64,000 nt of DNA from Lepidodermella squamata (GCA_047495785.1 JBLDXI010000007.1:2232001-2296000); one strand, 5' to 3'. Counted from the first letter of the stretch, positions 49,557 to 59,756 are shown. The notes: generated by a model from the sequence alone, not told the origin. Translations and numbers: made by a program.

Positions 49557-51615
49557 CTACTCGCCAATTACGTATTCCTGAATCGGAGTGATCGAGAGAG
49601 TTGTCTGGCTTTTTACAGGGCGCAAAACTGCGATGTAGATAATAAAGACCAAGATCGAGACCACAGTCAGCAAGGTGAACAAGAAAAGGCATAGATCGTT
49701 GACCTGAGAAGCTGACATGGCGAATTTCTTTTTCTTCTTGAACTTATCGGGGATTTCATGCTTGCCTTGATCCGCTGGTTTCTCTAGAGGGGAAGAAATA
49801 TCTGCAACTTTGTTTTTTGCGATTGGAGGAAGAGTAACACGGTTCCCGGTCGGAGGAGGATTGGCTGGAGTTGCAATTAATACACTCCGACGCCTTGTAT
49901 AGATTTTGGCTCTGATTTGAGCTGGATCTTGATCCGGATTCTCTTCTTCGTCGTCCACCGCTGTGAGAATTCTTGAAACAATGCCGGCCGCGACTACGGC
50001 GGCTACGGTGAGAACTGGTAACGCAACACTTACTGCCTGTATATTAGGTCGTGAAAGATCTTACTGATATTGAAGGCATAGAAAGTCATAAGAGCAGGGG
50101 TTGATTGGGAGGATTGCGGGGTTTGAGTCGTGAACAAAACGAACAGGAAAAAGTAACCTAGAAGACCACTGACAGCCGTACTGATCTTTTCCTCTCCATC
50201 AGCTGGCAGGATGAAAGTTGCCCCAGTTTGAAGGGTCACAGCAGCTATAAAGAGAGGCATAAAGGTAGTTCTACCAAGTGAAAATTCTCTACCGATTGGA
50301 ATAAAAATAGTCCAGACATAGTAAGTCGGATTACGTTCGAGCTTCACCCAGAATTGAATGCCAGCTACCTTCGAAGTGAAGCGAACAGCCTGGCCCGTCA
50401 ATTCCCAAATTGGGTGAACGTCATCTTTGTCCAAAACTACGACAGCTCGAGATCGGTTTCCAACAGTGTAATTCAGTTGCCCGTAGCTGTAATGTGGTGA
50501 CTTTCAAAGCAAAGAAAACATTACTTTAAAGCTTCGCGTTATTCCACAAACCTGCAGCAGTAGCTAAAGTAGGAAAACTCAATTAAGATTGGAAATTAGT
50601 GTCACCTGAGAGACTCACCAAGCAATACTGAGTGTCGAACGGGAAAACAGTGACATCTATGCTCTATTAAACGGAAACCCTCAAGGTAAAGCGAATTCCC
50701 TTAGAAAAGTTCTTACCGGACAGCTGAGCTCGAGCTTGAAAGCAACTCGCCAATCCACCTTACCATTCGACGATAATATTGCCGGATACTGTTATGGCTT
50801 GATTAAACAAGAACTATTGGAAAATGACTTATTTCACCTTTTCCCAAGCGTCTGAAAAGAATTGATTGGATATTTCATTCCGAATTTCCCACTGATTTCA
50901 GGACTTACCGGGGTAGAAAATGTCTTTCGCGCCATTTTGAACTGTGATTTGAACGCTAGTTAGTTTGTATGTACTTTCAAGTTGTATTCTTACTTAGGAA
51001 GTATGGAAACCATAAGGATTTGGTTGGAACCAACAGCGACTGTCCTTGACAGGTGTTGTTTTGATTTACGGCCAGCCTTGAATCAGTCCATCGGGCGTCG
51101 ATCCTCGCTGTGATCGTCATCGTTCCGCTTACTGTTCATAATTCGCAAAGGATTATCTTCATGTCTTACAGCAGAAGCTTACCATCGGATAGGTCGTTCA
51201 ATGATATAATTATGAGTTTCACATCGATAGTGGTAGGCATTACAGGCTGGGTTTTCTTCATATTGGCGTTCAAGTCTAAATTCTTCGAAATCAATCGGTC
51301 GCATTCTGTTTTCTCCCGCGTCAAATTCGCAGAGTTCAGCAGCGTTCCTCGTAAACTTCCCCCTTCATTTAAGATTTCACCATTGCTGTCGCGATATGTC
51401 GAATCTGACAGTGGCGCATCGGTGTAAAACGTCGCGCTTAAGCTGTTTGTAAATGTCGCGTAAGGGCTGCCTTCATCCTGCTGCACAATGATGCCAGAAT
51501 GATACGGCGTTGTGGTTTCGTATTCGAACCCACTAATAACCGCCGTAGAATCTTGGCTAATAACACATTTCAGATAAGCAATAACTGCAATGAGAACGTG
51601 AGATAAATTAGTCAT
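49557..51615 (-). CDS. Cys-loop LGIC subunit LGIC11 (type A, subfamily d; paralogue of LGIC9)
   Basis: Signal MTNLSHVLIAVIAYLKCVIS; FPFDTQYC; M2 GEEKISTAVSGLLGY; 12-nt micro-exon at 50552-50563. Confidence 0.88.
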
Positions 51616-52972
51616 TTTCCAGCTTTGCACAGCAATATTAAAATCAGGAATCCCGTTCTTCATAGCAATAAATCAAATTAAATTGATCTATATCAATTAT
51701 TAAACACTCAATATGTTGATATGCGTGGTTAATTGCAACTTATTATTCAGGCCGGTAGTGGTAAAGGGCAACAAATTTCTGCGACAGCTAGGCTATTGAT
51801 CGATACAAAATCTAAAACAAGGTTCAGGGTCGGTTTTCACTAAATCGAACCTCTGGTTGAATATCAAGTGTGCGTGGTAGTGCTACGAAATGCAAGAAAT
51901 GCTTGGTCTCTGCTTTCAGCTAATTATTACTGAATGGCAGTATATTTTTTCTGGGAAACCGCTTTGAGCATGGAAGCTGAGGCTGTTAAAGAATAAACTC
52001 GATATTCGGCGACTATCGTACAAATCGCGGCTTCCGTGCCCTCAGCATCACTTATAAGCGACTTTTTTTAGTTGAATCTAACCAAAAATCCGAGTTTTTT
52101 CGATTCCTGCTGGTCGGGCTAGTGCGCAACAGCGAGTGAGCAACTGTGGCAAAAGTGTAGTCGACAAGTTGCGAAAGACCTCTTGAGGGGTATTAGGTAG
52201 TCGATCTTGGATGATTCATTTGCTGTTTGGAAGATGACCGGCTTCAATGTTTTCCTTGTCTTATCAATTGCGTTCGAAATTGCAAGTCATGTATTTCAAT
52301 GCCTAATACATTTCTTTATAGTGAAATTGGCTGAAAGCTGAGTATAAGAGAATATAATAAGAGAGGTGCTGCGCTTCCAATATGGTAAAATCGATGTAAT
52401 AAGACAATCTCGCCAGTAGCCGTGATTTGTTTACTCAAACGAGGCGTGATTAAGCCTCATTTAATATTCATAATTGCCTGGGAACTTGGTCAAAAAAATT
52501 GGCTTGTGAGCTAAAATCATATAAAACATGTGATTAGATATATTCTGAGCACTTCTTACAGTTGTCAGTGTGTAAAGAAAACATTGCAAGTGTCGGAATT
52601 AGTCCGAAGCGCGGTGGATCTTTCCATTAGCTTCAAGTCCAGTTCCATCGTTTACAACGCATCGAGAATTCATTTGAACACCAAACATCGTCTTTTGCTC
52701 AAAGATTATATTCACAGCTCATGGGCACTAACAAGAACGTCTTACATTTGCCAATAAGGCTTAGACGTAATTAAACGAATCGTTATCTAAGGCCCCAATA
52801 TGCTTTCGTTACCTAGCAACGCAACAATCACTACATATTCGCAATCAAAACAACGCGGTAAGACGCATTTGTGCCACGATGCTCGGTAGATTGAGGCTCT
52901 CTATTCCAAGCTTTTTCCATTGCGCATTAATGAAGAATATTGCTTGCGATTATTGTATAGAATTTAACGACG

Positions 52973-54196
52973 ATGAACTACTTCATCCTTATTGTCGCAG
53001 CTATACTCTCATTTTCCCTGATCGAATTCTCCCAGCCGTCTCCCCTGAGTTTCGAAGCGGAAAACTTCCTAAGGAATCGCTTTTTCAACGAATGCCATGC
53101 CGATCTCGGCTTCTACGACCACAGAATCAACCTGGAACTCCTTTTTTACTTCTTCAATCTCGTTGAATTCGACGAAGTTGGCGAAACAATGTCAATATTC
53201 GCGACGTTGAACCTTTGCTGGTCAGACGATTGCGTCCGGTGGGATAGAGACATCGACGCAATCGCCGCCAAGTCAAAGCCGATTGCCGACCAAATACGAA
53301 ACATTACTCATGTCGCGTTACCCACTGAACTATTCTGGAAACCGTCGATAATCCATAGGAACAGCCCTCATAAGGTTCAGGCAATTGTCGACAATGGGAA
53401 GGGTCTTTACACGAACATATTCCGCAACGGCTGGATCGAATGGTCGCCAACTGGAACTTGGACAACATCATGCCCACTTCAACTGAAGCATTTCCCGTTT
53501 GATAGGCAAACCTGCATGTTCGCCTTCGAGCTATGGGACACTCAGTTCTATACAAGTATCAGTGAAGCTAGAATTCAGATCGATGTTGAGAACCCTGAGG
53601 GATTCACTAGCCCTATGGCCGTTTGGCATTTGTTGAACTACAGCAGTGAGGTATCTAAAACTTGTTACCCTATGGGGAACCCTGCGATAATTCACTGTTC
53701 CGGGGAGGCTCATTACTACTTCACGCTGCAACGAAAGGTTGAGCCATACATTTACGCAATCTTCATACCTTCGATTTCTCTGGTTGTCCTACAAATCAGC
53801 CCATTTGCAATGGCGCCTCATATCGCGGAGAGGGCTGTCTATTCAATAACAATCCTTCTAGCTTTCGCTGTGATTCACAGCTTAGTTCAGGAGGAGATTC
53901 CTCACACGGCTGAGACAATTTACCTTGTAGTCTACGTGAATACGAACATTATCATAGGTTCAATATGCACTGTCTACTCGGTGTTGAGCGTTGGCCTAGC
54001 GGATTGGCTGCTCGATGAAAACGGGCATTACAAGAAGATAAGCGTTCCGTTGCCATTCGGCATGACAACAATGAGCCATAAACGAGGGTTCCAAATGTCG
54101 AACGTTCGATTCATTGATTTGATCTTCTTCATTATCACTTTGATAACTCTTATTGTCGTGCATGCTGTTTTCTTCAGCTTAATGACTAATAACTAA
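52973..54196 (+). CDS. Intronless Cys-loop LGIC subunit LGIC12 (type B; paralogue of LGIC10)
   Basis: Single 407-aa ORF. Cys-loop CPLQLKHFPFDRQTC; M2 AERAVYSITILLAF. Confidence 0.93.
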   Translation: MNYFILIVAAILSFSLIEFSQPSPLSFEAENFLRNRFFNECHADLGFYDHRINLELLFYFFNLVEFDEVGETMSIFATLNLCWSDDCVRWDRDIDAIAAKSKPIADQIRNITHVALPTELFWKPSIIHRNSPHKVQAIVDNGKGLYTNIFRNGWIEWSPTGTWTTSCPLQLKHFPFDRQTCMFAFELWDTQFYTSISEARIQIDVENPEGFTSPMAVWHLLNYSSEVSKTCYPMGNPAIIHCSGEAHYYFTLQRKVEPYIYAIFIPSISLVVLQISPFAMAPHIAERAVYSITILLAFAVIHSLVQEEIPHTAETIYLVVYVNTNIIIGSICTVYSVLSVGLADWLLDENGHYKKISVPLPFGMTTMSHKRGFQMSNVRFIDLIFFIITLITLIVVHAVFFSLMTNN

Positions 54197-55451
54197 TAGT
54201 GCCTTTTGCTGGATAAAATAAAGCTTTTAAATCAAACTTTTTCAGAACGGTTCAAAAATTACGATAAGTTAAAAAAACGATGGATGCTTCCGAACAAATG
54301 CCTACTTTAAATTAAATTTTCCAGCATGAAATTTTTCAAAATTTTGAATTTTAGAATTTAAATTCTTTCATTTGCAATTCCAATTTAGATAGATCTCGAG
54401 TACAGATTTTTCACAATCAGCAGCGGTCGTTTAGAAGTTATACAGAACTGGTATCGAATATCGATTTCAATTATCGATTTTACAAATCAGTGATTTTTCG
54501 ACAATAGTATCGGAAAACCAGCATTTTAGCAAGGTTTATATTTTAGGAAATCAAATATGAGACCAAGCTCGTTTTTGGTCCAATGCTAAAATGCTAAAAT
54601 TCTAAAATTCCAGCTATGAAATTGTTCAACTCGAAATCAATCGAAAAAACCGCATTAACTGCCTCGAATTTTGGTATCCGAGCAACATGGCGATTATGCT
54701 GGTGAAACTAGACTTGGAAATACCACGAGGTTCATTTTCAGTAAAGACTGACAAAGACTGACAAAAAAAAGAAATCACAAATGATCGAGAAAATTTAGTC
54801 CTGGAATTTCACTTTGAATTGTGCAAACATTTAAAATTTAGACCCTCCTAAAGCCCCGAAAGCTAATATAAAAGCTGAAAGCTGAATAACCTGTTCGATT
54901 CGTTTAAAAAATTTCACTTAGATCTCTTCCTGATAATGTTACGTAAATAAAACATAATTGAAGGGAGCCGATGTTTGCCCAATTTCGACGATTTCCGATG
55001 ATAATGGATGGTAAAATAAAATATTTACAATCCAGTTTTTTTGCAATAAAAACAAACCAATTAGAAGCCGCTCGCATTCCTAACTACATCAGGTGAATTT
55101 ATTTCGTTTCAAGTTCAATTTTATTGCAATCTGAGCCTTGATCTTCGTTACAGTAATAAAGAAAAGCATGTTGACCGAAGCCAGCGGTCACGCTCCTTAC
55201 AGACTGTTTAGAATTTGTGGACCGAAAACAAGCTTATTACCTGCGCACGCGCGAACACCTCATCATCTGACACCTTGTAATATTGCTGCGAGCATGAGCG
55301 GCAATAAAATCAACGGCTCGACGTGTCGAACTGCCCGCAATTAAGGCGGTTGATTTTTCGCCACCTCCACTCAATTGCACGCCGAGATAATTCTTCGCTT
55401 CTATCTTCTCAAATAAATCTCACTTCTTCATTTTTTCGCTCACAATTCAAC

Positions 55452-57294
55452 ATGTTGAGCTTGCCGGCTAGTTTTTTAACTTTTATACTTTCAAATCTTG
55501 TAGCTAGTTCGATCGCTCAATTCAGCGATATCGATGGCATGGTCCAGGTCGATAAAAGGGCGCCATCAGGCTGCGGCCCAGCGCCGAACCCAGCGCCTAT
55601 AAACGCAGTTCAGGGTGAGTAAAAAATCTGGAAAAATCACACCATTTTTTAACGCGGATTTTTCGAATTTCCAAGTTGGATCAGCCAAGGCGCAGTACAA
55701 TTCCGGCGAGGTGATTCAATACCGGTGCACGCCGAGCTTCATGCGCCTAGTCGAGGGAAACCTGACCGTAGTTTGCCAGCCTAGCGGTCAATGGAGCAAA
55801 TTGCCGGTTTGTCAGAGCTATTCGTTCAGTTGCCGGAGAACAGCAGCCGGGCGCGAGTACAACGGCCGGGCGAACCGAACCAGGTGTGGGTCACCCTGCC
55901 AGGCTTGGACTACCGATTCGCCGAATTCAAGGTCGCAAGATGTGAAAAACGGCCTGACTAACCCGTTGATGTTTCCCAACTATTTGAACGCGGCTGATGC
56001 GTCGAACTTCTGCCGAAATCCTGATAAGGACGAGAAATTAGGACCGTGGTGCTACTCGTCGGCTGGCAAAGCCTGGGGCTATTGCGACGTAACCTACTGC
56101 AACGGTAAAATTAACTGAAAATTCAATTTTTCTTTACCTAAAATTTGAATTGTTCAGGTACGGATTTATTTGTCGACTACGACAGGATTCCTGGCGCTTG
56201 TGGTTGCCAGAATCAGTGGTACAACGCGTTTAGAAATTTCGGAAATGTCAAAATTATGGAGGATACTACGCTGGAACAGTGCAAGTCCGAGTGCGATTTC
56301 AGCAGCCAATGCCAGGGCATTATTTTCGATGAAAATCTTGCGAAATGTTGGCTCAAAAAGTGCAGCTGTACCGATAGCGAAATTGTCTGTACCGAGGACA
56401 AGCATGAAACTTACTTCAGAAAGAAACAAGGTATGAAATTGGTAAAATATATTTTCTGAGAAGGTATTGCTGAGGCGCTCTTAAATTGAAATTTTTCAAT
56501 TCATTTTTTAATGAAAGTTCTTTGAAAGGAAAATTGGAAGAAAAAATGGAAAAATTTGAATTTCAAAGTAAATTTCAGATTTTTAAATTTTGAAAATTGA
56601 ATGCTAATCAATTTATAATGCCAAATTTCAAAATAAATTCCTCTTAATAATGATTTTTTAATTTGATTCTTTTTAGTTCCATGCCCTGGTGCCGAGTGGT
56701 ACGATCGATGGGGCCAGCGCCATTGCTATTTCTCCCTGTTTAACTTCAACCTGACTAGCACCGTCATCTTCGACTGGCCAACATCGCGAAAACTCTGCCA
56801 GGATATGTTCCCACTAGTATCTGATATCGCATCATTCGAAACCGAAGAAGAATGGAATTTCATCGCCCGAAATATCGGTATAGTAAATAAAATCGAATTT
56901 TTTGGGAATTTTAAATGATTTTTCAACCAGCTCCATTGAGAATACCGACGACGTATTCCCGCTTATGGCTCGGCCTTGTTCGATCATCCAACGATTCGGA
57001 CGCTTGGAACTGGTCCGCCCCGCCTGAATGGATCGGATCCGATCAACAGGTGACTACGGGTTACAAACGATGGTTGAACGGCGAGCCGACGTTAGGATTC
57101 GAGGAGCAATGTTCCCAAGTCATTTTGACCCCTGGCCCGGGTCAGGACAGCACCGCGGCCGGGCGATGGACCGACGAAAGTTGCGGCACCAAGGCGCCAG
57201 TGATTTGCGAGGCAATGATGACAGGTATAATTTTGTTCCTAAAATCATTTCTCCCTAAACAAAATTTTTGATTTCAGATTTCAACCGTAAATGA
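55452..57294 (+). CDS. Secreted CCP(Sushi)-kringle-PAN/apple-like-C-type lectin protein 1
   Basis: Signal peptide, then DKR; CCP CGPAP...YRC...VCQPSGQWSKLPVC; kringle YNGRANRTRCGSPCQAW...NFCRNPD...GPWCY...WGYCDVTYC; PAN-like TLEQCKSECDFSSQCQGIIF...CWLK; CTL LWLGL...WLNGEPT...QC...WTDESCGTKAPVICE. Confidence 0.88.
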
Positions 57295-57420
57295 TGAGGG
57301 GATTAATGGATTTTCTCGAGATACCAGTGATTGATAACTTCGATATTTGAATATGCCTCGAATTGTTACTAAAATTTCTCAATTTTTTTAAGTATTTTAT
57401 GTTATTTTTAGGGTAGCATT

Positions 57421-59565
57421 ATGCGTTGTGAAATAGTGCTGCTATTAGCTCTCGGAGCCCTGTTGGCAGCCGTTGAGGCGAACAAGGCGGACGAAAATGT
57501 CTACACCAGCATCGACCTTGATTCAAGCGAGGAAGACAGCGAAGAGTCGCCGTTTGATCACAGCGATCAAAAGGAGAAGCGCGGGGTGACTACAACTACC
57601 ACCACAGCCAGGACCACGACTACAACGCGCCGAGGAGCTAGCTGCGGCAAAGCACCCACTCCATTGAACGCTGTCCAAGGTAATCATAGATTTAGTTTTC
57701 AAAAGTTGAAATATTTTTAATTGGATAGAAATTTATTGAAAATTTTGAAATTTTTTGAAAAAAGATTAGAATGTAAAAAATGTAAAATTTAAATTTAAAT
57801 TTTTTAAAATTTCAATCCTTTTTCAAGAAGTTAGACATTTTAAAATAGAGAAGAATTTAAGATGTAGGGTAGTAAATAATCAAATAATTAGCTTAAATAA
57901 TGATTAGCTTACATATCGAATTTTTTATTTTTCTCATAACCAGTCAGCACGGCTAGCCCAGCCTATTACGCCGGCGATGTGGTCACCTTCCGTTGCACCC
58001 CGTCGTTCATGCGCCTCATCGAAGGCACACTCGACGTCACGTGCCTCACCAACGGCTCGTGGTCTCGCCTGCCCGTTTGCCAGTCGTACACGTACTCGTG
58101 CCGCCGAACAACCGTTAGCCGCGAGTTCAAGGGCCGTACGAATACGACACGCTGCGGCAAGCCATGCGTAGCCTGGACCAGCCTGGCACGCCCTGATACT
58201 ACGATCAAGGCCAGCATGTCGGATCCTCAATATTTCCCGGAATATAGCAACAATTACGATGCATCGAACTTCTGCCGCAACCCAGACCCGACCACTAATG
58301 TGAGAAACGTTTTTACGAACAAATCGAAATTAAATTGAATCTAATTAGATTGGCCCTTGGTGTTACACCTCCAACTCGACCTCGCCAACTTGGGGCATTT
58401 GCGATGTCCCATATTGCTCCGGAAACGACACCCTGGACGATTACGAACGTTTCGTCGGCGGTTGCTTCTGTCAGAACAACATTTTCCAAAGCTATGGCAA
58501 CATCAAGAACATTGAAAACGCTGATTTGTTCACGTGCAAGGCGCAGTGCGACAACTTGGCCGAGTGCCAGGGCTTGGTCTTCGACGATCAGATCAAGAAG
58601 TGCTGGCTGAAGAAGTGCTCCTGCGCTCCCGCCGAAGTCAAATGCGACGAAAAGACACCTGAGACCTACTACCGCAAAAAGACACGTAAATTGAATTTGA
58701 AATTTAAAAAATTCAATTTTTAATTTTGATTTTGATTTTCAAATTGAAATTGAAATTTAAAAATGTTAAATAAATTAAAATAATTTACTTGGAAAATCAA
58801 ATTTCAATTTCAGTCTTCAAGAATTAAAATTGAAATTGAATTTTCAAAATTAAATTTCAATTTGAAATTTGAAATTTGAAATAAATTTTTTGAAATTTTA
58901 ATTTTTAGCTCCTTGCCCGGGCGTTGAGTTGTACAGCCGCAACAACCAGCGCATTTGCTACTACACACTTTTCAACTTCAACATGACATCAACGGTTGTT
59001 TTCGATTGGGAAACTTCGCGCAAGCTGTGCCAAGACTTGTTCCCACTCATCTCCGACATTGCCATTTTCAACACCACGGACGAGTGGACGGATTTGGCGC
59101 GCAATATCGGCCCGCTGCGCATTCCAACGCAGTACAAGAAGGTGTTCATCGGCATGTACCGCGACGATATTGATGTCGATAATTGGCAGTGGACGACCCC
59201 ACCGACGCCTTACAGGATCACCCAGCCGCCTACTTCTGTCACCTACAACAACTGGGCGCCTAACCAGCCAAGCGGTGGGTTCGAGGAGCGATGCGTTCAG
59301 GTAAAACTTGTTGAAAAATTTTAATTTTTTTTATTTTGACGAATTTAAGGTTGTCCTCCCTGGCGCCGGTGTTGACGCTCGAGCTGTTGGAAAGTGGGAC
59401 GATGTTAATTGCCTTGACCGCGCTCCTGTCATTTGCCGCGCCAATATGCCAAGTATGATTCATAAAACCCGATTTTTTTTGAAAATCTATCTATATTTCT
59501 CCACAGATTTCAGAAGCAAGAAGCGTGAATACATCGAGGAAGTTGTCGCCGAAGATAGCAACTAG
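57421..59565 (+). CDS. Secreted CCP-kringle-PAN-C-type lectin protein 2
   Basis: Signal MRCEIVLLLALGALLAAVEA; acidic pro-region ending EKR; T-rich linker; same four domains (NFCRNPD, WAPNQPS, WDDVNC). Confidence 0.88.
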
Positions 59566-59756
59566 TGATGGAAATCAACGAAAATCCCCGAATTTAGCTT
59601 TTCTCACCAACTGCCCGTTAAATTAGGCTTTTAAGTTCTCAACATGTAGATTGGACCATGGAAAAAATTATTTTTTCGGCAAAACAAGAATTTCGAGGGT
59701 TTTAAGGAGGAATAAAGTTACGAAATTGGTGTTTTTCTATTATTTTAGGAAGCATT

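Noticed and set aside
28555-54196. Assigning nAChR alpha/beta gene symbols, or calling the fragmented ORFs pseudogenes
   Set aside because: Ligand-binding motifs are too divergent for orthology calls. The ORF fragmentation is explained by short introns that restore the frame wherever I checked.
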